NCBI RefSeq assembly: GCF_964204645.1
Contig: NC_134030.1
Coordinates: 17,630,210-17,694,209, forward strand
Direction: 5' to 3'
DNA from: Tubulanus polymorphus
Lineage: Eukaryota; Animalia; Nemertea
DNA: 64,000 nucleotides
The first letter of the stretch is position 1; every line of letters starts with the position of its first letter. Both the position numbers and the translations under genes were made by a program. The notes below the pieces were generated by a model. The model was not told the origin of the DNA, made no database searches, and was given only the letters and a program-made list of their open reading frames with translations. This document shows, one piece after another, positions 1 through 13,635 of this stretch.

Positions 1-398
1 TCCGAAAGCGTTCGCCACACACACGCAGCAACAGTAAGTAGACCTATATACGTTACTACTGTTGCTGTGCGTGCGTGTCTGCAACCGATCGATAAAATAC
101 ATACAAACTCATCGTAGTACAAATGTACATACAAAATCACTGTGTTGCAATGAATATGCATTGAAATGCGATACTTTTACGTGACGATAAGTAAAACAGG
201 CACTGAACGCTTTTACGGTTCACCTGATTACCGATCGCGCCGGGCCAATTGAGTGAGATCATCACCCCCGCGCCGGACCAATTAAGTGAGATCATCACCC
301 CCCCCCCCCCTACTTTTACATCATTTTTGGACTATTTGGAAAATTGATATTTTTCAATACTGAAATCCGCGGGAAACCGCGGGGAATTCTCATCTCTG

Positions 399-558
399 CC
401 GGACACACTGGGCGATTCTGCCAACATATTGGATTCGGGCGATTTCGTCGGCCGACTAAATCGCCCAAGGCGATTGCCCGGACACACTGGGCGATTTTAC
501 CGGCGATTTCGTCGGGCGACGAAATCGGGCGACCAAATCGCCCAGTGTGTCCGGGCCT
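399..558. mobile_element. Palindromic MITE-like remnant (PIF/Harbinger-type end)
   Basis: CCGGACACACTGGGCGATT occurs at 399 and 478. Its inverse AAATCGCCCAGTGTGTCCGGGCC is at ~535-558 and is followed by TTA. Confidence 0.55.
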
Positions 559-1698
559 TAAGGCTAACGGCCATATATATATACACAATAAACAGTAATT
601 GAATTCGCCGTAATACATAAGTATTAGCGAATAATAACGCGTAGGCCAACAACGTATTTACAGTAGGAGGGATTCTGTGGGCTTAAGGCCCTTGATTTTC
701 AACTCGGAAAGAAGAACAGAGACGAACGGGTGCAAGACCCGAAACGCCGCCAGGCGGCGCTGTCCCCGGACCGACTTACATCGTTAAAGGATGATCTCCA
801 AGTAACTGACTATACTAAAAAGTCGCGCGTCTTATATTCACGCATTGCCGACTCCGATGTGTTGAATCACTCCGCGTCGCTTCGCTGGTCGCTCAACAAT
901 GGCCGTCGCGGTAGATGTGCTTCTTCGCATTCTTTCGAGTCGCTCTGCTGCTGGACTACGTCGTCTACATGCAGATGCCATATATCATTAAAAAGCTTAG
1001 AACTTTCACTTTCTAATGGTGTGAAATGTGTGGAGGATCGTCCATTCGTAAAGATTAATAAGGTCTCGAAAGGCGGTCGTCATGCGTGACCGCGTTCAGG
1101 ACCGTCGATTCAATCGTCGAATTCTCGGCATTTTTAGGATATGAAGGTGACGAAATCATCTTCTGGATTTGTAATATTGAGGACTATATAAGGGCGTTAA
1201 CTTCGTGACTAGAAATTAAGGTGATAGCTTATAATGATAGCCGCAAGACGTCGGTGTAGAAACTTAAACTCTCCAGTTAGTCGAGCGGGCCATGTGCTCG
1301 TACCGGAAGAAAACAAACCGGCGAAATCGTCTCAACTAATAAACTACGGCTCGTGTCGCCTAAAAATGATGAAATTCGTAGATGCTTTCACCGAGTCAAG
1401 ACTTTATAATCCTCTTTCAAACGGTATCACACGTGATAGCTTTCGATAATTATTTCGTGTGTAAAAGGCGAGATAAATGCAGCGGCGGTACTATTTAACA
1501 CCGGGAACAATTTCGGGATTAAGGAGTCGCGGGTTATCGTCGGCGCCGGAGTAAGGGGAAGGTATCTTCTGCAAGGTCGCTAATAAACAAGGGGAAGGAG
1601 GAATCTGTCTTGAGAAATGAAATTTTGTTACATCTACTCACATTCAGACGTCACAAATTGAAAGTGACGAAATCGAGGAAACGAACAGCAACAATTAG

Positions 1699-1968
1699 CA
1701 GACAGTTCACTAGCTATCAGACAGTTCACTAGCTTTCAGACAGTTCACTAGCTGTCACACAGTTCACTAGCTATCAGACAGTTCATTAGCTGTCAGACAA
1801 TTCACTAGCTGTCAGACAGTTCACTAGCTATCAGACAGTTCACTAGCTGTCAGACAGTTCACTAGCTATCAGACAGTTCACTAGCTATCAGACAGTTCAC
1901 TAGCTGTCAGACAGTTCACTAGCTGTCAGACAGTTCCCCTAGCTGTCAGACAGTTCACTAGCTTTCAG
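1699..1968. repeat. 19-bp minisatellite (CAGACAGTTCACTAGCTRT)n, ~14 copies
   Basis: Direct tandem repeats read from the sequence. Confidence 0.95.
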
Positions 1969-3377
1969 GCTATCATTAGATATTTTAGTCGGCGGTTTAA
2001 CATTATCATTTTTTATTTATGAACCCCCTCCTGGACTGGATCCGCCGCGCCTGATTGACGCTGCCTTATCGATAATTCGTAACTCGTCTCATTGTGAGTG
2101 CATTTTTATGAAAATACCCCTCCCCTCCTCCTACCTAAATCACAAACGCGTTTGTTCACAAAAATGACAAGAATATCCTAACAACATACCTCTCGATATG
2201 ACAAAACTGTAAGATGAATATATACTGTATCAAAACCGTACGTCCACAGGACACTACTGTTCGTCTTCCTCTAAGTGACTGAACTGCGCACTTTATCCGA
2301 TCCCGCCCCCGTCACGTGATCTATTTGTATTTTTTTAGATACGTGGTAATGATGGTCATTTGTCCTGTGAAACTCATGAATATTAATGAGCTCATCGATC
2401 GCTTCCCGGAAGTCAGGCAAGCACTCGCGTGTCTGTATCGATTGTATTGTAGTAGTATAGTATCCGTTTTGGTTCCACTCTGAGTTCCACACGGGGTTCC
2501 ACTCTGAGTTCCACTCTGAGTTTCACTCTGAGTTCCACACGGGGTTCCACAGGGTCCACAGTTGTGAATTAAGATTTGACTATGAGTTAACTCATTGAAA
2601 ATGAACTGATTTTAACCCAGATTATGACCAGTGATCCCAATAGTTAGATAATATGGCCCGAGTCCGTTATAAGTCGAAAATAGTGCCAGTGTAGTGGGCC
2701 ATCTTGATTTTGGTCAGGTCAGTTTTTGGGACAGAATCACCGACGGGTCGCCAGTCCGAATTGTATATGTTGTAGCAATAATACATTGAATTCTAACAGC
2801 TGCCGCGAAACGAAGCAGCGGCGGATCTAGGGACCCGAGAGACCAGGGCCACTCCCCCTCGAAGTACCGAGCGTTTATTTCTTATTTTCCCGAATACTGT
2901 TGCGCCCCGGCTTGAGAGTTTTGTGCAGCTATAATCTAATCATGAATTAGTTCTAAAATGCAGGAAATTGCACCAATTTTGCACATGGAATTTTGAAATA
3001 TTCTGGGGGATGATCCCCAGATTCCCTTGTCTTCGCGCCTAATACGGCGTTCAAAATTTGTGCGCCCATGGTGCGCAATATGAGTGCTTTACATTAATCT
3101 CTAACAGCCAAATTAAATTTTGAATAAAGTGAATTGACGCGTCGATAATGCTATATCCATTTGACAGTAATTCCATGCCATAAATGAATACCATTATCGT
3201 CAACCCGGACGATAAATTATTATAATCATTGTGAAAATATCCAATTATTTTCTAGTTTAGTTGAAATTACCAAATAAGATCAAAATCATCCACATCCCGA
3301 TGGACCCGAGTTTTGAAGTTGGACAAAAATAAATAAAGAACATAAAATATAGAGTCTTGAACTAGGGCTAAACACGA

Positions 3378-3531
3378 GTGTTTTGAAACAGGCCCTCCGC
3401 TGGAGAACTATGAGTGTATTGAAACAGGCCCTCCGCTGGAGAACCATGAGTATTGAAACAGGCCCTCCGCTGGAGAACCATGAGTATTGAAATAGGCCCT
3501 CCGCTGGAGAACCATGAGTATTGAAACAGGC
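3378..3531. repeat. ~34-bp minisatellite (TGAGTATTGAAACAGGCCCTCCGCTGGAGAACCA)n, ~4.5 copies
   Basis: Direct tandem repeats; these explain ORFs 3286..3561 and 3368..3571. Confidence 0.9.
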
Positions 3532-3966
3532 TACCTGAGATACCCTGTACCCGTGGAGCACAACGGTCCAAACTAAAATGCAGTTAGAAAAATCTATTCA
3601 CCTCACAGAAGGAGAGAACTTCCGCTTTATATGCGATTTTTATATCTGAATTGCTATCGACTGATATTGCAGCTGTAAAATGAATACTCCCAAATCATGC
3701 TGATATAAATTCTATAGGAGGCCCGGAATCAAATGGGATTTTGGATTTGAAAAACTATCTAACTGCAGGGCGAATCGAGACAGGAACACAAGGAGCACAC
3801 GTGTTCACGTCGAAATTTATCCCGTACCCTTTTGAAAATACAGCCCCCAATAAGACAGCAATCCGCAGCGCGAGATTTAGCTTATATACCCTAAATGTCC
3901 CTCAAATGCCTAAAAATCGTGTGAGAATCTGACAATTATAGAAATGAAAAATAGAATCCGAAATGT

Positions 3967-4308
3967 TTCCTTGAGCTAGTGTAGTTTATTCAACGTTTCG
4001 ACTATATCCTAATAGTCATCTTCAGGAATACTGTATTCCTTGAGCTAGTGTAGTTTATTCAACGTTTCGACTATATCCTAATTGTCATCTTCAGGAATAC
4101 TGTATTCCTTGAGCTAGTGTAGTTAATTCAACGTTTCGACTAATCCTAATAGTCATCCTCGGGAATACTGTATTCCTTGAGCTAGTGTAGTCTATTCAGC
4201 GTTTCCACTATATCCTAATAGTCATCTTCAGGAATACTGTATTCCTTGAGCTAGTGTAGTTTATTTAACGTTTCGACTATATCCTAATAGTCATCTTCAG
4301 GAATACTG
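3967..4308 (-). ncRNA. Tandem array of 5 x ~69-bp units, each carrying a minimal type I hammerhead ribozyme (Penelope-type)
   Basis: Minus-strand unit reads TATTC-CTGAAGA-T-GACTAT-TAGGAT-ATAGTC-GAAA-CG-TT-GAATA-AA. This gives the CUGANGA core, a 6-bp stem II, GAAA, a palindromic AACGTT in place of stem III, a 5-bp stem I and a downstream AATAAA. Copy 1 (3987-4030) is perfect; the others have substitutions. Confidence 0.8.
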
Positions 4309-7300
4309 ATGTTGGCCACATTATAACCATTGATGAAACACTCTGAGTCCGTGTTGTAAGGATAATATAAAATCCCTGCACTATGGAAGGCGAAAGCCAC
4401 CAAAACATGGTTATATGTCATTCGATAATCAAAAGGTTTAAATAGATGATGAAAACATGAAGAACTGTCAAAAGGTGATAAAAGGTCAATCGATGGTATT
4501 TCATCATATTTTCAGATTTTATCACCTTTTCATCTTTTACCACCTTTTCATTATCTTTCAACGGTTGCCAATAGCAACCATTCGATGATACTACTAACGC
4601 CATCTGTGCATATAGAGGCTATCAATCCATCTATTTCTGGTAAAAAGTATGAGTTCCAATGTCTCTACTCCACACTCTGTTGTCGCGCTATAATCTTCGA
4701 ATCCCAAACAGATTGAATATGATCATGTTCGAGTCCCTTATTTAAATGTATTTCCTAATGAATTGTGATCATTTTTTGTAAATTTATCTAGAATGCCTGA
4801 ATTCTGAGGCATTTTTGTTCCATTCATGACTTCTCGGGGTGCCTTTAATATTAATAAGAAATGCATATTAATTTTTCTTAAGAAAAACTTTGCGTCAACA
4901 ATTGTGATGCTTTATACACTCTTATTAGACTGTTGTGGGAATTTTATCACATATTCATAAAATTTTGACAATTCATGAATGACTCTTATCAGGAAAGATA
5001 CTAACTAATCCTTTCTAAAACTGACGAAGCGAAAAATGTTGCTGTGAAGGTGTTGCTGAAAATTTAAGATCATTTGCTATTTGACATTCTGGATTCGAGC
5101 CTTAGCTTAACTTAGTCTCGACAAATTGTCAGAAGACATTTCCAGAAAAAGCCTAATAGCACGCAACCTAATAGCTACGAGTAATCGAGATGATTACCCG
5201 TAGCACGCACGAATGAACTAGTGCAACTGGCATTATCAAAGTTTATGTAAATATGAATTTTCTCCTGGACCTGAACCAAAAAGTGCGATAAAACCTATAC
5301 AAATACACATGTCATGACGCCCGTGCATTCAACGATTTCTCGACTAGGTTTCTCGATTTTCTAGGGCTCAATGATTTCTCGATTTAGGCTACCCGACACT
5401 TATTATTACGCATGTGTTAGAGTTGCCCTATCTGCTATTCGCCTGAAATAGATGGATAGACACCTCTATATGCCGATAGATGGCGTTCGTAGTATCATCG
5501 AATGGTTGCTAGGGATCCCGATATGTTAGTGTAACATTTCTTTGATCATAACTACTGGGATAGACTTTATAAACCACCAAGGTTTTTCTTAGCATTATGA
5601 GTTTTCCGGCTTGCTCGGCTACCCGTACTGGCGGGGTAGTTTAGAGAGGCCAATGAAATCGCCGGTTTGCTGAACTACCTCTCTTGGCCGGGATGCGGTA
5701 TCATGATTGATCTGACAGTTTCAAGTGGTTAATGGGTGTTTCAAGTGCTTATTACTTCATGTGGTACAAAAAAGATGTCATAATACCAATACGCTATACC
5801 GCTAGCTTCGTAGAAAGACCACTGCCTGTGGCCTTCCCAAATTTTAATTTTCCTTATCGATTTGATTTCGATTCCACATGTTTCACCTGAGCTATAGACC
5901 ACAATGCTGACACCATGATGGTCAGTAACTGACCAATTGAGATATTCCCGAGTGTGAACACTTGAACACACGAATTTCGATTTTTAAAGTCATCGTTTGT
6001 TTCCGAACTACTAAGGTATCATCATTGCATATTCATAAATTGACCATCACTGACCACCACTGACCAAGTGAAACTTCTCGAATATCGTGGTCGAATTCGA
6101 AAGTGCTTGTCGTCGTATTGATCAGCAGGATGTTTTGCTACTGTTTGTGAATAGCGTCGACATGATGGAAATATATTACTCCTAAATAGGTTACACATCT
6201 CGATCACATCACCTCACTTGCCGCAGTGCGTTATTTTCACTGCATAGTAATGCTAATACATAAACGTTTTTACTACTTGACCCGAATCATCTGAACAGTA
6301 CTGCGTTTGAAAACTCAACGAATAGAAAATGTTTGCGGGAAGCACCTACAAATTAGTCACGACAAGATTAAATCTATGGTTAAAATGGATGCTTGAAAAG
6401 CAATTAAATCACAAGATGACTAACACTCGTCTTTCAAGCAACAGTTGTCCTTTAGACTTGGCCACTTTTGTTTCAGGAAACTGCGTAGACCAGCGGTCAC
6501 CAAGGCATTAAACCATTCCTTCAAGTTTTGAAAATTCGATGGTGACGATATTTCCGTCAAAAAAATGTTTCGTTAATATTTCAAGATAACATTGAGGGTC
6601 TTATGAAACACTATCATGGGTTCTTTTTAAATCTAAAATAGCATAAAAACTTCTGTGTTTCGTTATAAACAAGGTTAAATTCCAAACATGAAATATGGAG
6701 CCTGTATCACACGATAAACACATCTAGAATTTTATCTAAATAGGCCCTTTCTAAATGGCAATTGTTCAGTTTTTTTAACGGCCGACATTCAGAGGCTCCT
6801 AAAAACCGGTGGTAGCGCTTGGGATTTTCAGTGTAGGGCACATCTCACATCGCCTCGGGCTCGCGGTCGGTTGTTTAATGGGAACACATCTGGTTGACAC
6901 TAGTTTCACAGTTGACGAATTCAGAAAACTTTCTTCAAATGTCATTGATAACATTTTAAACATACTATTCTTCTTAATTACATTTCGCTGATTCCATGGA
7001 TATTTTTTTATGAAAATTACTCCAGTTATAACGGATTTAAACATAAAATCATTATTTTCAAAATATTCAATTTTCTCGCCAAGGTATCGCTAAGGTGCCA
7101 GTCCGTGGTGGCTATTGAATGCGACGACCGCATATGAATGCATTGATTGAATCTCAAAAGTCAGATTATATGAAATTGATACATGGATAGGTTATTCCAT
7201 ATATACTGGTGCCCAATATATGATATAAATGTTCAATCAAAAAGTAGCAACTGAATCCATAATTCAGTCTGGTATTGTTATCCTCTGTTGGTAGCCAGTG

Positions 7301-7743
7301 TAGATGAGCAAGTATCGTGGTCCCTGATTTTAGTTATCGTCATAATTCAAGCCACGCGATTTCGAACTGTTCAACAAGTTGGAGTTTGTGTAAAGATGAA
7401 TGAATTTAAAATGGAGTGGAATGTCTATTAATATTTGTATTGATCATGAAAAATTGTAGTTAAATATTTGACTCTACGGTTGGTTTTAGATTGTATTTCT
7501 CCACGCCAGAGGTAATCACGGATATCGGACAACAAAGAAATTCCTTGTGTAAAGCTCAACTATATCTCAATGATGATTAAACATTAATTTTCCCAAAAAT
7601 TCTCCCCTTCGAAAACCTAAACAACCAATGTACGCTTGCTTTAAGTTTGCCAATGGACTATTGTTGCCTTTTCTAGCTATTGTACTGTTTGCCGCAAAAA
7701 AGATTGCGTCCTCTATTACAGGAATTAAGGATATTGCTGCTCT

Positions 7744-8080
7744 GGGACCAGTTTCTCAAAAGTTAGTTTAAATTAACCATTATACATGACTGAAAACACC
7801 ATTAATATGAAAAAGATCCACTATGTACACATTTCAAATTTCAAACCAAGTTTTATCATTAGAAAATAACGACACAACGTTCGATCTCTCACTAGAGATC
7901 ATCCTTTTGAATTTGTGCACAGTGGGTTTTCGTATCGTATTATCGTATTATCAATTCTCCTCATTTGAGTGTGACTATTCTACAAGTATAAAGTTATTTT
8001 AGCAATGTTTAGCGAGTTTTAATTGTCATTATAAATGTTACCTATTCACTGGTAAACTTACTAACTTTTGGCAACTGACC
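7744..8080. mobile_element. Non-autonomous DNA transposon (Harbinger-like MITE)
   Basis: Imperfect TIRs: GGGACCAGTTTCTCAAAAGTTAGT on the left, and the right end reverse-complements to GGTCAGTTGCCAAAAGTTAGT, flanked by TTA. Confidence 0.5.
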
Positions 8081-9499
8081 TTAGATCGAGGAATGGTATC
8101 CGGTGGCCTGCTGATCCACTGATTTACTTACACTGCTAAAGAAATATACAGTATTAGACGTAAATAGTATAGAACATAGAAGTACTATTTATCTTTATAT
8201 CGCGATAATTTGTGTACGTAGAGTCTCGTGGTACTTATGATTATTGTGTATAGAATCGATAATTAGCAACCCTCCACGGATACGAAGCGGTCTAAGTTTA
8301 CATCCTACCATAATTTTCCTCGAAACTCTCACCATTATTTCAAGGGTCGGTCTTATATGAAGAAAATATATGAAGGACGTGTTCACTGGTTAACGAGGCC
8401 AAAAATCTTCCCCAAAATTTCAAATTTTCACGAGCAAAGATAATATACTTCATGCTTTTGGTGCAAAAAACGCATGTCCACAAATCGCACTTTGTGTTTT
8501 CAAAATATCGATTGAGTGTGGAATTGTTTCGAATTCAGGGATCTCCCATTAACAATCCGGTATTTTTCAATAAGATAAGTCAAACTATTGTTGTGATCAG
8601 ATGGCCAGTTGAATACTTCTTCATTATATTGAACGATATGTTATACCATTTGAATAGTTGTTAGATTAAGGCCCACACCATATCTAATTATTTGACACCA
8701 ATCACGACTGTGTTGATTTTAAAATAGACAAATTAATTTAAGGTCAGTATTGGTCAAAAATTGGTCAGTTAAATAGTTGTTAGATCATATCCCGCACCGT
8801 ATCTAGTAGCTCGACGCCCAAACACGATTTTATTGCTTTATTAAACATATAAATTACTTATGGTGGCTTCTTTTTTACTTATGGTTAGTGGTAACTGGTC
8901 AGTACTGGTCAAGCATTGGTCAGTTAAACAATTTTTAGATTAATGCCCACATCATATCTAGTTATTTGACACGAAACAACTAAATTATTTGCAAAACAGA
9001 TAATTTACTAAATATGGTACTGGTCATGCATTGGTCAGTTTAAAGACCAAGGTCCACGCTACGAGTTATTTGATACCAAACATGATTGGATTGTGTCGTT
9101 TCGGAAAATTTATCTGTTGGGCAATTTGTGGTCAGCCCTGGTTCGTAAGGTTCTTATTTTGCGGGTATTATATCTCGAACACCGAAAGACTGAATTACAT
9201 GGAAATGAAGATCAGTGTTTAACTAATAGTCCTTAGTCTGAATAAAATGTCTCTGGTATGGGTGCTATAGTGCTTACTGTATCTAATTCTTTTTATTTTC
9301 ACTACCACCGTAATTGACTATGATGTTTTCATGTGTCTTAAAATAGCCGAAAGTCGTTGATTTATGCGATATTTACATACAGCGCCACCCGTTGGTAGTA
9401 AAACTAACCAGAGCAATACGCTAGCAAACCGGCATTCTCATAATGCCCAGAAATTGGCCATGGATAGTCGGACCTCCATTAGTTAGGCCTATTAAATTA

Positions 9500-12400
9500 A
9501 AAATAAAACATATATTCCACTGATTAAGTTGACAAAAATATTTTGATTTTAGAATGTAGCGAACACGTCCATCGTATTTTGGAATTCTTCTTTTGGAAAC
9601 TCTAGCTGCATCCTGTTGTTGATGACTTTTGGAGGGCTTAAATCATAGATGATGTTTTCTGTGGGGTGCTCCTCGATGATGTCTACATCCGGCCATATAA
9701 ATGAATTTTTAGTTTCACATGGTTGGTTAAGAAACTGTACCATCACTACGTCTCCAAAGGCAAGAATCTCTAAGATCTGAAAACAGATTTCATGAATTGG
9801 GTAAGCCATTGAATGCATTTGTTCTCAGAACTAATTTCAAGGAATCGTACCACTCCAAAATAAAGATGTTTTCGTCCACGATTGCCCTCTTGGTATAGCG
9901 CTATGTAGACACCCTCACTGTTAAAAGAAAACGACCATTTTCAAGTCAGTATACAAACAAGATCTAAACTACAATTCTACAAGCCTACCTAATATTTATT
10001 TCTTGTATTTTAGGCATACTTGCTTCAGGAATTTGATCATCATCTTGAGTTTGGTCATCATGGCCCTGAAATGCATGTTTTTCATTGACAAATAATGAAT
10101 CATTGAATTAACATTCTCAAATGGTTTTGTTATCTACTTACTGGAATATTTGATTCCTCTGGTCTCGATGAAATCTGCAAAAAGAGCGTGACAGGAAAAA
10201 TGTAAATAAATGGTACATTAAAACCATAACCTATTTGCAGCACTATTTTAACTTACAGTTGTAGTGAGTCTTTTTTGCCTCTTTTCAATTCTCTCTTGTT
10301 CTTTTTTTTCTTTTAGATTTTGCTTAGCAACCGCATTCGCATAGGCATCGTCAGCAGTAATTATGAAGTATCTCTTCTCTTCACATTTTCTCTTCTTTTT
10401 TGCTAGTGTGACCACAGGGTAATCCAAAACATCGTGATCTGGATCAGCTGATAATGTTTTGAGAATCGAAATGAGATATCTCATATGGAAAAATATTTGT
10501 ATTTAATTCATTCTAAATTCTCTGTTACCTGGGGACGAGTTGTTATCAAAAGGAAATATAGGTGGCGCTTCTGTCTCCGCTGTTAAAAACTGAAAGATAT
10601 ATTTCATAAACATATGTGAATACTCCATTTAGATGTGAATGTAATGTGAGGAAAACAAATCATGAAAAATAAAAGGATATTTGTTGATTGTTCGTCAGCA
10701 CTTGAAAACTGAAATGTAAAATCATTAGGTGTAAGTAACAACAAAGAACACAATAGAACCAATCTGAATCTGTTATTCCAACACAGGTAAAATAATAATA
10801 CTAATTAACAAACAATTAACCTATAATTTTAAGTTTTTTGTTTCACACCTGAGATGGATTTTCACTCGTTGATTGATTCTAGATAGTAATTAAGGTTACA
10901 GGTCATTGCAAGATATTTTAAATGATTTTGTCTATATTTACGTTTTGTATGTTTTAGTGTGAAAAGTCATACCTTATTTGATTCCGACAACGGAACATCA
11001 CTACATGGTGTAGGATCGGCGATCTAGAATACCAATACACATCATTGTATTCAAATAACAACTTGGTAAGATCATATGACCCGGATAGAAAATAACTCAC
11101 ATCAGCAATGACTGTTGCAATTGTAGTTGTAGATGGAAGAAATGCCTCTGGTGGAATTATAGAAGGATCGAATGGATAAATCCCGCACGACCTGAATCCA
11201 TTAATTAAGTGTTCAGGCGAGATACTCTGCCAAGTAGGTGTAAAGATTTCAAAAAAACAACTCTTGTTGATGATCCGACCTGGATTTTGATTTGAGAAGT
11301 TTTGACAGAGGCGATTCCATGAGGACTTTAATGTCTTAAAACACGATCTAAAAAAGAACACATACCGCCGCGGTAAACATTAAATTAGATTGTATAAATC
11401 AATAAGGGCAAAAAGACCTACCGATCTAGAGGCTGTAGCCAGTGTGATGTGAGCTCTGGGAGTTCAACTAATTTGATGTTATTTTCGCGAGCCAGTTCCA
11501 CCAATTCTAAGAAATTGTGGCTATTATGACCATCTGATATCAAAACTTGCGGGCGAACTCGGCCGATTGCTGGTAAAAAGCTCTTCTTAAACCACAGTGT
11601 TGCGATTCCCTATTATGATAAAAATTATGGAAAGTTAGATAGATTAAAAGTAAGTTGTTGATTCCTGGTTATGTATAGGCCTATTATTTGTAACCTGCTT
11701 TGTCCATCCACTTTCAGAAACAGACACTGTAGTTCCGGGAGGTGCTCGATTGGAATCAACAGACTGCAGTGATGCTGCCGTTTTCCCTTTAAAAATTACA
11801 TTCGGTGGTAGCATCTGCCCTGCCGCATTACCACAAGCCATGATGGTAATAGTTTCACGATTGCCACTAATGCGTGCCTGCACATATCTGCTTCCCTTTC
11901 TGTGAATGAAACACAATTCTTAGTCTTATTATCAAACCTTTATGAGATATCTGTTTTATACTTTCAGAGGACTTGGTGTGCATTTTATGACAAATTTACA
12001 GTTGTATTTGATTCAAAGGGTCATTGATTCCCCACTTTTTTTACATTCATACACTGATGCCTGATGGCAGCAGTGCCTTCGGGCTTGCGCAGTGTTACTG
12101 ACGGATTTCTGGATTTAAACCCAGCCCAAAACTGATCACTTGGGACAATCTAAAAGAAAAGACTGCATTATTAAATTCATGCTTTCAAATAACAAATCCT
12201 AATGATGTTGGCTAATTGACAAGCACCTCCTTGAACGGTTTTCCACGTTTCAACGCAAGATCTCCAGCATATTTCAGGAAATTATTCTTTGAGAATCCGT
12301 ATCAGCCCTGTTTTTGGCAAAATCGGCGAGCTTTTTCTCATCTGCCTCCGTTAAATGTGTCGGCCGGCCTAGTTTTGAATCTGCCGGTATTTTGCCACTA

Positions 12401-13302
12401 ACACGGTCGTGCAGAGTTGATTTTGGAACTGCAAAATTCTTAGCCGCCGATAAAACTGATGAGCCATTTCCGACGGACTCAATGGCTTCACGCATCTGAG
12501 CTTCCGTCCACTTTCGATACACTTTTGGCATTCTATAAAAAAGAAATGAAAACATGACCTTCTTTACTATGAACCGAGGTGAAAGAAAATTTAAAAAAAA
12601 TATTTCGTTAGGCCTGGATAGATTGTTTCTGTAATTTGTTATGACGGCCTAGACCAAGATCTTATTTTGACTGAATCTGGATGGTAGTAGCCCTACCTGA
12701 ATTCATGAATGAATGAGCCTAGAGAAAATAGTTCTAAACCTGACTTTCTTTCTTTGATAGGCCTAACTAATCAGCATCACAGTTTTATTTAATGTGGATA
12801 ACAGATGTGTAAACATACGCGTAACTAATCTAACATAATTTCGGAACTTCCGAAATTATGTGGAAGAGCCGTGAAAGCTGGGTGTGGGATTTCCGAAATT
12901 ATGTGTAGGCGAGCGAGTTCTTGAAAATCGCCGTTTTTTACGATAAGCGTATTCCGATAGAAAATGAATGTTTATAAACAAACTATCGACTTCCTAGAAC
13001 TTCTTGGCAGTGTTTACGTATCGGCTGCCACGAAATTCCGTAAAAGCGGGGCGAATCAATAATTTACTTACATGACTGACCTTTTCGCCCTGCCGCGCTG
13101 ATTTCGTGTGCCAGAAAGAAATGCGTACTACGTCATCAAAATGGCGCGGAATCCCGTGGAATTCCCAGGAAATACCAACCTACCTCCCCTATATCTAATT
13201 TGGCCTAATCCACGTAGGTATTCCCTCTCCGCGACCGCGGAGATGCTGTAGAAAAAAAACTTCCGAATTTATGTGGTCTTCCGAAATTACGTGTAGTTAC
13301 CC
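9500..13302 (-). mobile_element. pogo/Tigger-like (Tc1/mariner superfamily) DNA transposon; only one terminus visible
   Basis: Contains a transposase gene. The terminus TA|GGGTAACTACACG (minus strand, 13302) has repeated TTCCGAAATTATGTG motifs. No matching left TIR was found, so the left coordinate is approximate. Confidence 0.75.
9549..12531 (-). pseudogene. Multi-exon pogo-like transposase (HTH_psq + CENP-B HTH + DDE_1), frameshifted
   Basis: MPKVYRKWTEAQMREAIESV...AAKNFAVPKSTLHDRVSGK (psq HTH); RETITIMACGNAAGQMLPPNVIFKG; SESGW; [10 protein letters not shown]; [10 protein letters not shown]; NGFRSCGIYPFDP. Split by GT-AG introns, with a frameshift near 12300. Confidence 0.85.
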
Positions 13303-13635
13303 TAGTTGATTATTGACCTAAATTCCCTACACAAAATTCTCACAGAATGAGAAGACATTTTATTTAGAGAAATTGCTCTGTCCCTGTCCTAGTTGAGTCG
13401 TACTCGGTAGTGCCTGGATTTTAGACAGAGCAAGCGACAAAATCTGCATTCGAACAAATTTTAGATTGATTCGAATAATTAGACAGTTTTAAACAGATCA
13501 CTCACAGGGGACAGCATCGGGTAATTATTCGCGGTTGATTTAGAACATTTGAAAATTTTTGAAATAGATCTCATTTTAAAAACGAAACTAATCTTGTTTA
13601 ACGTTCTCTTATTAGGTTTTGTATCTACGGTAACC

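Noticed and set aside
316-1449. Short ORFs in the first 1.5 kb
   Set aside because: No recognisable motifs; the first two overlap a palindromic MITE. They could hide host exons, but I cannot support a call.
3967-4308. CRISPR-like appearance of regular repeats (also 18590-19144 and 60575-61350)
   Set aside because: The units are head-to-tail with no unique spacers, there are no cas genes, and the context is eukaryotic.
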